Positions 1-15,163 of a stretch of DNA of 64,000 nt are shown here, piece by piece (the first letter of the stretch is position 1; each line of letters starts with the position of its first letter). The notes under the pieces were generated by a model. That model saw nothing but the letters and a program-made list of their open reading frames with translations, had not been told where the DNA came from and searched no databases. A program made the position numbers and the translations under genes. The DNA is from Chrysomallon squamiferum (taxonomy: Eukaryota > Animalia > Mollusca): contig CM022673.1 of NCBI GenBank assembly GCA_012295275.1, positions 2,604,001 to 2,668,000 on the forward strand, read 5' to 3'.

Positions 1-33
1 CAAGTAGTGACAGTTAAAAGTTTCTGTTCCCAG

Positions 34-178
34 ACAGAGGAGGAGACAGTACAACATTGAAGAACTGACCACTCTGACGTACGCTAACCCATCCTACCAG
101 AAAACCAGCACAGAGACCATCAACTCAGACATTCGAAACCAAAGAGGCTGGCAGATCTTCCGATACATCAAAAAAGAC
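34..178 (+). CDS. LRP4: Penultimate exon of an LRP4-like LDL receptor-related protein (juxtamembrane cytoplasmic tail with NPxY)
   Basis: Acceptor ttcccag at 27-33, donor gtaag at 179. Translates QRRRQYNIEELTTLTYANPSYQKTSTETINSDIRNQRGWQIFRYIKKD. The basic stop-transfer cluster and LTYANPSYQKTSTE closely match the vertebrate LRP4 tail as I recall it (LTYSNPSYRTSTQE). Upstream exons lie outside the window. Confidence 0.75.
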
Positions 179-639
179 GTAAGCAATCCAAGTTTATATT
201 AAAATTCAGTCTGTTATTTTATTTTTATAGTTTATTCTGTTATAATATAGTTCTGTTTTTCTTTGCTCTTTTCTTTTTTTTTCTTTGTTTTTTGACAATA
301 GAGCTGATTTTTCAGAGGGTGTGATATATGTTTCCCTGTCAGATGAAGGATGAAAATAAAATTTAAACTATCCAGTATAAAATTAAAATAAAACAGAATG
401 TAATTTAGATTGTAGATATAAATAATTTTTAATGTTTATAATATAACAAGATCTATTGTTTTTTGTTTTTTTTTGTTTTTTAATATTCTAAATGGTACAG
501 GTTTTACACTTATACAGTAGTTTGAAAGTATTTAAATATTTTTCTTGTTACCATATTGATCATCATTGTCTTCATGATTATAGCAGTAGTAGAAGTAACA
601 GTATTACCATGGTGATAATACAGCTGCCATTGTTACTAT

Positions 640-961
640 CATCATCTTATCATTGTTTTTATTACTGTTATTATCATTGCCGTTGTTGTTATCATTATCA
701 TCATTATTATTATTATTTATATCATCATCATTATATTATTATTATAATTATCATCATATTATCATTATTATTATCATCATCATCATTATCATTATCATTA
801 TTATCATCATCATTATTATTATTATCATCATCATCATCATCATCATCATTATTATTATTATTGTCATTATTATTATTATTATCATTATCATTATTACCAT
901 TATTATTATTATTGTTATTGTTATTATTATTGTTATTATTACTATTGTTATTGTTGTTATT
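640..961. repeat. Compound (ATT/ATC/GTT)n microsatellite directly before the last LRP4-like exon
   Basis: Visible trinucleotide run; source of the poly-I/L/S/N ORFs. Confidence 0.95.
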
Positions 962-968
962 ACTGAAG

Positions 969-1166
969 GATCGTGTGACAAATATCCCGGCTGAAGAAGA
1001 GAAGCTGAACAATCTGGAGACAGCCGCTCTTGTCCAGCAGCTCTCCACGAACTGCTGCAGCCGAGACGAGAGCAAACACATCACCAAAAACATTTTCAAA
1101 AACAACGTCCGATACACTCCAGACTCGACAGCCCGTAGTATTCCATACGCCCCAGTGGACACGTGA
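969..1166 (+). CDS. LRP4: Terminal coding exon of the LRP4-like gene (DRVTNIPAEEEKL...SIPYAPVDT*)
   Basis: AG at 967-968, phase 0 matching the donor at 179. GC-rich coding-like island ending in TGA at 1164-1166; it is the non-repeat 3' part of ORF 492..1166. Confidence 0.7.
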   Translation, partial: DRVTNIPAEEEKLNNLETAALVQQLSTNCCSRDESKHITKNIFKNNVRYTPDSTARSIPYAPVDT

Positions 1167-1511
1167 CCGTGTCTGTGTGTGTGTGTGCGTGTGCGTGCGT
1201 GACGGCAAAGTTATTCTGTGATATACATATATATATATTATATATACACATACATATATACATATATGGTGCAGTACTGCAGTGCTAACACAGAATATGG
1301 TGTTTTTACGATTTAAAAAAAAAAAGAAAGAAGAAGAAAAAAGAAAGGAAAAAAAGGTCAATCTACAGAGAAATTGAAGAAAACATCTGTTTGTGAATGA
1401 ATAACAGTATTGTACCCTCTGCATTGAAACAAGCGAGTTACTGTTCAGATTACATTTTAAACAGTTCTTTGTCTAGAATGATCAGAGGAGTGTTAAAATG
1501 ATAAAAGGAAC

Positions 1512-1546
<35 letters not shown>

Positions 1547-4500
1547 AAAGACAGATGAGTAATCATGATTCTGTTTTCTCCTAGCATTTTATATGTGTGA
1601 ATAATTAGGTATCTACAGGTGGTACAGAAAGTCACGTTTTGCATTATACACAGGGAAGAGCTGAAAATGGTGTCAGTGGTTACTTTCTGTATTATATACA
1701 CAACAGTGTAAAGCAGAATGGAGCTGGACTGCTAACTGTCCACCACATCTTATTCTACCAGGAACTGTGATGTTGAACAGGATATTATAATAATAATAAT
1801 GGCATGTGTAAAGATGTACAGGCTAGAAAAGGCAGAGTGTGGAGATACAGACTGCCGTGTACTGAAGTAGAAAACTTTGATGTCATGGATTAGGACAAAC
1901 CAGTGCATAAAACACTACGGTTGTGGAAGAAGAAAACAGGAATGTTTTGAAATATGGAGTACTAATGTCTTGAAAACTTGTCTTTACTGTCAGGGATGAA
2001 AGTTTTTGAAGTTCAGAATGTTAAATGGCTTAATACAAACTGCAAAGAGTTTGTAGCGCAGAATGTTAGAATGTTTTATACACTTGAACTTGTATTAGTG
2101 TGAACATGAAGACAAATGATTTTTTTTGTTTTGATTTTTTGTTTTGTGTGTCAGTTTTTAAACAATGTCAGATGTGTAAAAATGTTTTTGTTTTAAGTGT
2201 GGACCAATTTAGATGTATTTTAATTTTGGTCTCATATATATATATATATATATAAATTATATATGAAAAAGACCAAAATTAAAATTAAAATATATATTAT
2301 GTGTTCTTTTTGTTTTCATTAATATTTTTTTTAAATATTTTAAAACAACATATTTACTTAATAACCACTATATACTAAGAAATTGTATTTAGTTTTGTTG
2401 GGTTCAACTATATTTCTAAATGTGACACTTTTTTTTTCAGAACTGTAAATAAACACATTACACTGTTCTTTACAAATCTAGGGTAAAAATTTTTTAATTA
2501 TTTAATCTAATATTTGTTCTTTATTTTTCTAGTCAAATTCTTCTTCAGATCTTGCTTCATCTCAAATTAGCACTATTTTATTTTATTCCCTTACAATAAT
2601 AACTGATGTCTGTATCATCTTCATAAGGCTCAGGTACACTTTTCCATCAGAAACTGACATATGGTGAATTGCTTGTATTCCGACATATATTTTGATAACA
2701 TTCTCTCACATTACTGCATATCATTTATAATAATATTTCAGATAAATACATACAACTTAAAGAAATATCCCAGATAATTGCATGTAATCTGCATGCATTA
2801 GTAATGTCAATCACTGTACCTCACTCAAGTAATACCATAAGAGTATTTCAGATAATGAACGTCTGATTAACAATGACATCACAATCTCGTCTGCAGGATC
2901 TGGAATTGATACATCTGTATACAAAGTAATCTAGACAATACTTTAGAATCTGGATCAGATATCTCTGTAAACAAAATAGAAAAGATACCCATTGTTTAAG
3001 CGTATATTTCAGGTTTTTTCTCTCTGTTCTTGCAATTTTCTGTACACTCCCATTTCATGCCACTAGCAAATTTACCATGAGCAGTACTAAGTAGTTGTAC
3101 ATACCATACATCTTCCTCATCTGAGAACAGCATTATTCTTTTGAAAATAATAAAACTAATTTGATGTGTGTGTATAGCAATGATAACTCACCAAAGTTTT
3201 CTGCATTTCCTTCCTGTACTGATTTCCTTTAAAGATTATTATAATGATGTGATTATGAATATGTATGTACATCAGTTGTTGTTTTTGTCTTAACCAAAGC
3301 TGATATTAATGGTTTTAATTGTTCTTTAAGGTTTAATCTACATTTATGGGTTTTTTTAAAATTTTATTTTATAATTCTTTATTAAAAACCTCTAAACATC
3401 ATCTGAAACCATTAACAATGAATGCAAGAATGAAATCAAATAGTACATTATTTGTTCAAAATGAAAAAATTTCACCGATCCTGCCTGTTTAAATGCAACA
3501 TAGTTTAGCTTACAATAATCAGTTTTGTCATAACAATGTAATTAACACTCTTGGTATTAACTTTTACTTCCTAAAAATGATTCTATAGCTCTTCATGCCA
3601 GAACTTGCCAGAATTCTGTTGATATTAATGAATGAACTGGAGTCATTGATATGTAAAATATAATATCTTCCATTTGATAAATTTAATATATCCGCACTGT
3701 GGAATAACATTGTTTTGTTTATTACATCCAGTGAGTGTTTGTTGTAGGAGATTCAAAGATACTCCACTGCAGAAGCAGGCTTTTTTGGTTAACATATTTT
3801 TTAATCCTGTAATGTGTTAAACTCGCATTAATGACTACTTACATAGGGCATATCTACTTACATGTTGTCTAAAACCACTACGCAAGTTATAACTGTATTC
3901 ATAAGGGCACTTGTACTTAATTATAATGTGTTTGATTTGAAATTTATTAAATTGATGTTTAATGTCATACCTGCTTAATAAAGACTATATAATTATGTTG
4001 TGTATATACATACACACAAACACACGTATTTACATGAATATATATGCACCTATACATTTTTTATTTATTTTCTTTTATACTAAAAATATTTTCATTTTGT
4101 GATAAACAGATTGTTACTAATGTTTTAATAGTTACTTTAATACTGAAGGAAAAAACCCAGTAAAAAGTAAATCAACTAATTTTGAAGTTAGTCTTATCTG
4201 TGTAACAGCTGTTAATAAAAACAGTTATTAAGATGTTGTGTATCTGATATAATGTTTATTACATTCTTGTGTAAAATGTTTGATAATGTAATAAAAGTAG
4301 TAGTTTTGTTTATAAAACATTAATTTAAAGTTTTGTTACATCTAGGTTATTGGGTTTGAGCTACATCTGTTGTAGATAATTATTTTAATATTTGTTTTGT
4401 GTGTTAGTTTGTGTTTGCTTTTTCTGTTTGTTTGTTGTTTTTGCTTTTATTTTATTATTATTATTATTGATATTGTTATTATTTTCTTTTTCTTTTTTTT

Positions 4501-5541
4501 TTTTTTTTTTTTTTTGTGGGGAGACTGTTTGTTTCATTATTCCTAACCCCACAAGTTTGAATCTCATAGTTTTAACATTTTTATTTAGAATAATATTTTA
4601 GTAGTTTATCTTTTTTATGATGGCAGAAAATTTTCACTTTTTTAATGACTGTAGAAATTATCATGTTTTATTGTAAAATTTCCAAATTTTAGAATTTTTA
4701 CATTTACAGAAATGTTCCTTTTTAAACTGAAAGAAAGTATTTCCCTCTTTTATAATTACAGAAGTGGTACCTTTTTATCATTTTATATATTTTAATTATT
4801 TAAAATGAACAAATAATTAATGTTTTTCTTAAACAGAAAAAAAAACAAAGTGTTCCAGTTAAACATCTCATTTTTGTCGTATGATTTAAAAAATGTTTAA
4901 TTCATATTTAATCATTTATAAATTTATCTAGATGTGATGTTCTTTGCATCATTTCCACACTGTTATTCATTTCAAAGTTTTGTATATATATTTTTTTAAT
5001 CTTACAAATTATAAGAGCTTTAAACAAATTTTTGCATTCTGATCCATAATTAATGCAAAAAAAAAAAAAAAAAAAAAAAAATATATGTATAGAAAGAATA
5101 TCTAATCAAATCAAAACAGATATACACATAATGATGCATGTACATATGGTTTGAAAAATTAATCAAATGCTTTGTTGTAACATATAAAATATGACGTGTT
5201 TCAAGAAAGTTCAGAAAGTAAGTTGACTATTCAGATAGTGTTTTTGTACCAGATCTGACCTGATGTAGCAAGTGAATCAGATATTCCCAAATTAAATTTG
5301 TAAACTTGCATCGTGTACAATTTAATATAATGGAAAAAAACAACACAAAACACCTTCCCTTTTCTGCATTCATCTTATTATTAATGTGACTAGTATTCTT
5401 TTAAAGTTTATATATGTATATTTATATTTAGCAAATATGGTTAGCATCTAAAAATACCAGAACTTTATTTATTTTCTGTGGAACAGGTCAGAAATACAAA
5501 GAGATATAGAGATTGCGGTTGCCAGTGCTTCATACACATGT

Positions 5542-5696
<155 letters not shown>

Positions 5697-7742
5697 ACAC
5701 AATAAATAAATACGTAATATCCAAACAGCGATGCATCTGTCCTGTGTTCATGACAGCTGGAATCTTTACATAAGCTGAAAATATTTTAATAAATAATTAA
5801 TGTCATGTAAAGTGAATCTGGTGTGATGTTTAAACTTTGTACTTGAACCAGTGTTTGTTTTTAACAGAGTTAAAACAGACATTATTGTAACAGGTCTGTC
5901 TATATACAGTTACTAATTTGTATTTATTTTTATTTTATCTTGTATCATTTTCTATGCCTAGTGCAGAACATTTATTTGTATGTGCATTGCGACTGTGAGA
6001 CAAAATAAACTAAAATAAATATTGATTCTGTTTTGTTCTTTTTTTTTTGTTGTAACAAATACTTCATTTTACCATGAATAACTTTGGAATTTTTAGTTAA
6101 ATTAATGAATAATTTATTAATATATTTACAATAGTGGTTTTTGTGTGAAATCAAAAACAAAGCTATTAGTAAAATGGCTAGGGAGGAGTTTTAATTAATT
6201 ATTGTATTTTTTTATATATATATATATATATATCGCTATTTTTATAAGTAAATAAAAAAATGGAATGATTTAAAAAGATAATTAAATTTTTTAAAAATTA
6301 AAAATAGTTTGTCCCTTATAAAGTATAAAATTATTTTTAATATTTTGGTTTTTTTTATTTTTATTTTTTTTTGTTTTAGGGTGCTTCTCATGTAATAAAA
6401 AATATATATATATAAATAAAAAGCAACAACATATAGTTACAGTGATTTATTTTTTCCCTCATTTCTGTTTAAAGGTATTTTACATAAAACATATTTTGAG
6501 ATGTAAATTAAATACACTGTTAATGTACTGTGCAGACATGGCAATGTTAGAGTTTTCAGATGCCCTGGTCAGACCTTTACACAACACCATCCAAACTACA
6601 AGTTTACATCAAATCAAAGCTTAAACCTTCGTCCTTATGATAATAGCATATTTGTGCGCTTTCTACTACTTCTTGTTAAATTAATTCCACAACTTTAATG
6701 TATATATATTGATTCTTAAAAAAATTAAATTTAAATTAATATAAAATTCCACAATTATGTTGGTGCATTTTAAGAATAATATACATGTATATGTACTGAT
6801 TCTTAAAATTTTGGCACATAACATTTAAATGATTTGATCTATCAGTAATTTTCAGAAATCAAGTTTTAATGAGTTTTTAATACACAGGGATAAAAAATGC
6901 AGTTGTTATTATTAGCCTGTTCCAGCCAGTGTTCTTCCAGACTGCTTTATCAAAAGGCATGGAAAGTTTTTTTCCTGCCTGTGGGAAAGTGCATATTAAA
7001 ACCATCTCTTGCTGCCCCTACATATCAGAAGCAGCAGATTTCCTCTTTAACGTAATATGTAAAAAATAAAAATATTATTAATCATTTATATCAAAATAAG
7101 TTGAGATTATCCCATTAATTTACAGCTGTAAAGAAGTTTGATTAAGAACGCACTCAACACATTGTGAAAAGTAGACAAAATACACTGTGTAGCATGGAAT
7201 CTCAGAGTCTAGTTATTTTATATTTTTTAAAATCGTTTTAAATAAACAGTTACAAAGCCACATTCTAAGGTTTTTAAAACATTTTTTGGAAACATGTATA
7301 CATTTTTGTAAGAATGTCATGTAACAAGAAAATTGTTTTTATTTTCTTATTATCACTGTTTACTTTTTTTTCAGTATCCCTTTTCCCAGTGTACTTCAAA
7401 ACACATTATTTATTGTTTAAAAAATATATTCCTGTCTTTAAAACACATTATTTAACACATTATTATTATTTTCTCTTTTAACAAAATCTATATTCCAAGA
7501 CTGATCTTAATAAGCATGGTATTTTTTATATGCATATAAATCATAAATGTCAAGGCCTTTCCAAAGAAAATACTTTTTTCACTACATACAAAGCATAGTT
7601 TAACACATTATTCTTTTTAACAAAACATATATCCCAAGGCCTCTTTCTTTTAATTTAATTTAATTTTTTTATATACACAATATCACAAAATAAGTTTCTG
7701 TAGGCATCACAGAATGAGCTTGGCTATTTAACAAAACTCTAA

Positions 7743-10714
7743 TCAATTAGATTTCTTAAATGAAGACAACAAATTCTTATGTTTTTTCTTTTTGCTAACT
7801 TTTGAATCGTCATCTGCTGTCTTTGTTTTAGTTTTTTTCACGTCCTCTGACTTTCCTACATCTGATGAAACGTTTTCAACACTGCAATTAATGTCATCAT
7901 CAACATCTTTGTTAACAACATCAACTCCGGCATTAACGTCTGGCCTGTCTGATTCAAAGACATCTTTGTGTGGATCTCGATACAGATCTGTGTCAACCTC
8001 ATCAAATGAGCTGGACTTGGGCAAAGTCTGCAGACTGAAAGTTCTGTAAGGTTTTGTCAGGGTAGCTTTCTCACCTGCTAACAGCTGGCTGTCTTCTGCA
8101 GAAATGGACTGAATGCTGTGTGACTTGTACATTCTGCGGGCAAGAGGATCTTGTTTCTGGACAAGCATTATGTGCTCTGGAGGAGAGGCCCATGGTTGTT
8201 GTTCACCTGAAATTGAAATGAAAAATTAATATAATATGATAACAACAACAACAACAAATAAAAAATAAAATAAAATAAAAAATCACAAAACCCCTTAAAA
8301 AACAACAACAAAAAATATGAATCTGAGAAAAATAAAAAGGTAACAAAAAAAACAAAAAAATAAAAAATAAAAAAAAACAACCAAAAATAAATATGTTTTA
8401 ATAACAAAATAATTTTTTTCTTGATATATGGTATTCATACAAAAATGGTCAATGTGAATTATACAAATGTTAAAACAACAACAACAATAACCAAAACAAG
8501 CAAAACAAAAAGCTTTAGTTCAGTGGTTAGAGTTCACTGACTGATCATGATTCCATTCCAACCAGGCCATCACAGCCATTTAAACAAAGTTCTTAATATG
8601 TGTTGTCTATGGAAACTTGTAGTAAATAGACACCTTTGTCTTAAACATGACGAAAAAAATGCGAGGACTGTCACGATGAATTTTCTCTCTTGTATCATTG
8701 CATATTGTTTTAAATGAAATATTTTATTCATTACATATATAGTTTATGTGTGTGTGTGTGTGTAAGAAATATATTCATTCACAAATTATCAATAAGCTTC
8801 TTACCAGAACCAAATGCAAGAAAAAGAATGAAAGCAAGTGCAGTGATTCCAGTTGTGAAATAGAAAACATCATGCCAGCCATGTACATCCTGTAAAAGAA
8901 AACAACAACTTTACAGATTAGATTTCGAAAAAAACAAAACAACTTTGCCTTAGCGAAAGCATAGAAGTTTATCAGTTTTGTATTAAACCACTAGAGCTGT
9001 TACTATTTCCATTTCTATCACTGATACAACCATATCACTACTACCGCTATTATTATCATTGTTACCACGACTGTTGCTATTACTACTACAGTCACTACTG
9101 TTAGTGAAAATAATCCTGTTATCATCACCATTATAGACATAAACATAGGTATATTTATAATAAACAAAAATAAAAGTGTGGATATTGTTAGGAAATTGTG
9201 TATTACATAACATAGAAGAATCTAAAGAAATATGTATTATTATTATAATAACTCAGAAAAGCTGTACACTGATACACGCACACTCAGCTTGTCACAACAC
9301 TCTTTCTCAAACAGCAAAATGAAAAAAATAATAAAATAGAAATTTTTAAAATCTTAATCTTATTTAATAGAAAATAATTAATCTAAATTTAGAGTTCTAT
9401 AAGGAATTAATTTAAAAAAAAATGAAAATTATAGAAATGTAGAAAAAGAAAGAAAAATTCAACATAGGCAGAAAAACACAGAATTTTCACTGTCCTGATA
9501 TTTCATGATCAAATGCTGACAGGTAAGACTAGGATGAATGTGATGCCTATCAAAGTAAATTTTTAAATTCAGGGAAGTGTGAAATAAACAGCTACAAGAA
9601 AATCTGCCTCCATATTACAAATTCCCATCATGTCTGTGGTTCTCTTTGTGGTATAACAGGCTCCAAATGTGATTTACATGGGAGCATTTTGACTACTAAC
9701 AACTGTTAATACTGATTTTTAACAAATCATCTTTATAAGTTTGGATTTGAAGGAATGATTAGTTATAAACTGATATAATACATCTGACATATATGCATTG
9801 TATACATGCATGTAGACATCATCATACATACATACTCTGTTAGTCACACATACACACACAAACACACACACACACATAACACGTACACATACACATGCAA
9901 ATAAAATAAACAAATAAAATAATTTATCATAAGTATTCATATAATAGAGTCAGTTGAATGAGCAGACTGACATGCAAGATGTTGCAGGTCTCCACCAACG
10001 CACACAAGAAGCCCTCGTAATTAACTGGAACATAACACTGGACACATCTGTTGTCTGATGTTTCACACCCCTCAACTGTTTACATATTAAACAATCACTG
10101 CAGCAGATAATAACATTATTAGCTACAGAAGTTCAGTGATTTTTCTGGACATGCAAAAGTAAAGTTAAAACAAAGAACCCCACAAATCTGAACAAGACTG
10201 AAAACATGAAACAGTAAAACAGTTTTAATCATTCCACAACCATTTTTAGTACAAAAAAATAAAGTTCACAAAATTTAAAATTTCAGTTTTACCTGAAGCA
10301 TCACATGCTGAAATATTATTTGCATTTAATGAAAAAAAGAAAAAAAAAAAAAACCCAGTTGTGCGAAATATATATTATTACTGCAAACAAATAAGTTTTA
10401 AAATGATAAGAATTTAAAAGTTTAATTGATTCTGCTAAAATATTGTTAATTCATCTCATTTAGTATTTCACTGTTCTCCCCCTCAAAGAAAATAGATAGA
10501 TAGATAGATAGACAGACAGATGGCTAGACAGATATAAAAAAAATAATTAAAAAGAGATCTGTAGATGTTCATGATTAGATTTATTGGGTAACAGGAAAAC
10601 AAATGATCTTGTAATTTAAACATTCTGTTTGGTTGGTTTGTAACTTTAAAGACTTTGTTAGTGATAAAACTGTTAAAACATCTAATGTTACACCCTGTAA
10701 ATAATATTAATAAT

Positions 10715-10768
<54 letters not shown>

Positions 10769-10885
10769 CATTATCATCATCATAATCATCATCATCATTT
10801 ATAACATTAAATGTGCATAAAACATAATTTAAACAAAATATATTTTTATTTTAAATAAAGAGCTACTGTATACCTATATTTTTTT

Positions 10886-10922
<37 letters not shown>

Positions 10923-12302
10923 TATAATTCATGCTAAACACTGACAATAAAATAAATTTAATGCAAGAAATATATGTCTGGGTTATTATGTATGATGCTA
11001 TAAATACAGAGTAAAAAAAATAAAAAAATGTTTAGTTTGTTTTATTTTAATTTATTTTTTTATATACATACATGACTCTGAGTTAGATGTCCAGCCACTA
11101 TTGGTGCTGCGACAGATGCAATATTCCCAACAGTGGACGACAGACCCACTAGAAAACTTGCGTGTCGTGTTGACAAGTCATAATGGTTAATCTGCCAACC
11201 TGAAAGGAAGTTAAATTAAAAACAATTAAAATTGCAACAGTCTCATCATGGGGTCTGAAATGTTACAGTTTCAGTGTAATGAGAGAAAACTTTTTTTTTA
11301 GCAGTAAGTGATTTTTAGTTTGCACCTTCCCATAGATAACAATGTATATACCATACTTTTGGATATATTGGTTATGGTACACTGGTTGGAATGGGATATA
11401 ACCCACTGGTATATTATGAAGGAATGAAATAAAACACAAAGACACACATACACACACATTCTGTATGAAATTAATTACTAATATATGTATAGTAATGTTA
11501 TTATCCTAAGTACCATTGCAATAGCACTACCACGCACAAACACGTGCACACACACACGACATTAGTATGTATATAATTAATATCCACACTTAATTAACAT
11601 TTTTACCTGACACTGACATTCCACTGGCACCCACAGCCACTGTCAGGACAATTATCACAGATACTTTGTCACCAGCAAAGGTTAGTGCAAAGAAACCACA
11701 GGCCTCAATTCCAAAAGCTGAAATGATTTAGAAAAGATTAAAAACAAAGCAAAAATGTATCCAACTTGAATATGTACTAGATATCTGGATTGACTGTCTG
11801 AAAAATTTATAATATGCAGAATAACATCATGGGTTAGCTACCTGAAAAAAAATAAAAAATAAAAAATGAAAAAGAGTTAGTGTGATAGAAAATTGTTTTT
11901 TTTTTTAAATATTATTATCAACATTCCACGTTATGTTTTTATTAAACTAACTTTATTCTTGATTAAAACTAAAATATAACAAAACTTTACCAAGTCCTGT
12001 GAACAATTTTCTGACATTGGTTGTACTCAGTTTGTTTTTCAGAAGGAGCCAGTCAGCGAACCACCCACTCAATCCTGCAGCAAGAACTTTGGCCACGTGA
12101 GGAATAGAAGAGTAAACCCCATTCTGATTAAAACAAAACAAAAACAAGAAGGAAATTTAAAATGTTGTAGATCAGGAAAGAACAAAAATGTGTGTATTTC
12201 TGTGGTTCTGTATGACTCTCTCTCTCTCTCTCTGTCTCTTTCTCTCTCTCTCTCTGTCTCTTTCTCTCTCTCTCTCTCTCTGTCTCTGTCTCTCTGTTTC
12301 TC

Positions 12303-12347
<45 letters not shown>

Positions 12348-12399
12348 TTCTCTCTCTCTCTCAGTCTCTTTCTCTCTGACTCTGTCTCTGTCTCTCTGT

Positions 12400-12485
<86 letters not shown>

Positions 12486-12725
12486 GTATATATGTGTGTG
12501 TGTGTGTGTGTGTATAAAATGAAATCTTACTTCTGCAACACTAAATCCAAACAAACTCAGGTAGAAAGGCTCATTAGTTAACATGAGTATAAAAACCCAG
12601 TTTCTCGCAAAGTGACACACACACAGAACTATTGCTGGAGGTGAAATTAAAATCTGTTTCCATGGAAGATAGCCTCCCTAAAATCAAAATTAAACTTTAC
12701 TGACACAAAAAAAAACCAGTTGAGA

Positions 12726-12769
<44 letters not shown>

Positions 12770-12913
12770 AAAATGATGAAAATAGAATTATATACATACT
12801 ATAATACTTTATTACCTGACTATCTGTAACATGATGTGTCTGCATATTTCTGAGTGTATGTATGTGTGTGTTGTGTGTACATGTTAGTATAAAAGATAAA
12901 AACCAATTGAGAA

Positions 12914-12951
<38 letters not shown>

Positions 12952-15113
12952 TGATGAAAATAGAATTATGTACATACTATAATACTGTCTTATTACCTGT
13001 GTGTGACATGATGCATCTGCATGTTTCTGAGTGTATGTATGTATGTATGTGTTGTGTGTACATGTTTGTATAAACAATAAAAGAGAGATAGACAGAGATA
13101 CAAAAATTAACAGATAAATACACCTGTATTTTTAAAATATATATTTTTTATTACAACTGTTGCAATGTATACACAGAATGTGAAAGACAGAGGATGAAAG
13201 AAAGAAAAAACTGTGTGAGAGAGAAAGAAGGAAAAATAAGAGAGAATCAATATCAAACTTAAGATTCAACATTCTTGCACACGGCTTGTGAAAACTTATG
13301 CAGCGTAACAATATAGCACTTGGAAACAATGAAGGCTCAAATAGATTTTGTACATTAAACACAGCTGTGCTGTATTATTCATGCTGGGAAATGTTGTTGT
13401 TTTCAAAATGAACATAAATGCTGACTGGAGTTAAATCAGAATCATTCTATTCTCTTTTGTTGCTGCAAAATATCTTTTGTCTTGCGATATTTCATTTAAT
13501 GGTTGATGATTTATAACAGTATTTCTTTTATAATATTAATATTCTTCTTATTGTTATTGTTATTATTATAATTGTTATTGCTACTGTCATTATTATTATT
13601 TATTACTGTTATTATTATTATTATGACTACCATTATTATTACTATTATTATTATTGTTATTATTATGACTATTATTACTACTACTACTACTACTATTATT
13701 ATGATTATTATTATTATTATTATGACTATTATTATTATTATTATTATTATTATGATTATGACTATTATTATTACTACTACTACTATTATTATTATAATTA
13801 TTATTATGACTATTATTATTACTACTACTACTATTATTATTGTTATTATTATGACTATTATTATTATTACTACTACTAATATTATTATTGTTATTGTTAC
13901 CTCATAGTCAAGTACTCCATCACCTTGTGATTTCTGCAAGTGGCCCAGCTCATTGTCGCTGATCAGTTTGTGGTGGGAGGGTTTCTCCTTGGCAAAACAC
14001 AGCCACGCCACCACCCAGGCTATCCCCACACCACCTGCAGTACAAGCACATCTAGTGAGACAGTGCTTTCTTTTAGTTAACCATACACTTGTTATTACAA
14101 TGACATCACTACTACAACTACTACCATCACCACACCACCTGCAGTACAAGCACATCTAGTGAGACAGTGCTTTCTTTTAGTTAACTATACACTTGTTATT
14201 ACAATCACATCACTACTACAACTACTACCATCACCACACCACCTGCAGTACAAGCATATCTAGTGAGACAGTGCTTTCCTTTAGTTAACTATACACTTGT
14301 TATTACAATCACTCATATTCTGATATTACTACTACAACTACTACCATCGCCACCACCACCACCACTACTACTATTGTTGTAGTTTTGATTATGTTACAAT
14401 TACTTCTGCTGTATTTACTGCTTCTGCTGCTGCTAGAGGTTGTTGTAATAGTAATGATGGTGATGTTTGCTTTAGAAGTAGTAGTGATGGTGGTGTTGCG
14501 ATAAGTGAGGTAATGGTACCAGTGGTTATTATGATGCTATCTACAGCAGCAGTAGTAGTAGTAATGGTGGTTTTGGTGGCTGTATGAGACATGGTAGTAT
14601 CAGTGTTGGTAATGGTAGTAGCAGTTATTGTAATAGTGGTGGTGATGATGACAGTAGTGGTTGTAGTAGCAGTGGTGCTGATGGTGATAATAATAGTTGT
14701 AGTCATGTTGGTGATGATGACGAAAGTAGTTGTATAGTGGTAATAATGTTGAAGAAAAACAAGAACATCACTTAACTGAAAAATGTTGTTAAAGGTATAA
14801 ATTGATGTTTTATGCGTGTTGCAGACATAATGAACCATTGTTAAGTCTTGTTAAAAAAAAAACGGTCAAAGTTTTACCATTCAAGTAGAATATAAACTGC
14901 CAGCCAATAAAATGAGTTACCAGACCAGCTGTTGGGAACCCTAAAACAGCTCCAAAGTAGGCTCCTGTTAATAAACAAACAAACAAACAAATGTGGAGTG
15001 CTGCATGAGTAACATGAGTCTTGTTTAATTAATTAATTTATTATTATCATCATCATCATCATCATCATAATCATCATCATTATTTTAAAAAGAACGAAAT
15101 AAACTTAAACAAA

Positions 15114-15163
<50 letters not shown>

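Noticed and set aside
492-968. Poly-Leu/Ile transmembrane-like ORFs and other poly-CV/HT/ER/SL/Y ORFs across the window
   Set aside because: Translations of microsatellites in introns and UTRs.
14389-14838. Thr-rich mucin-like ORF in an SLC17 intron
   Set aside because: Degenerate (GTA/GTG)n repeat; the flanking exons already join in phase without it.
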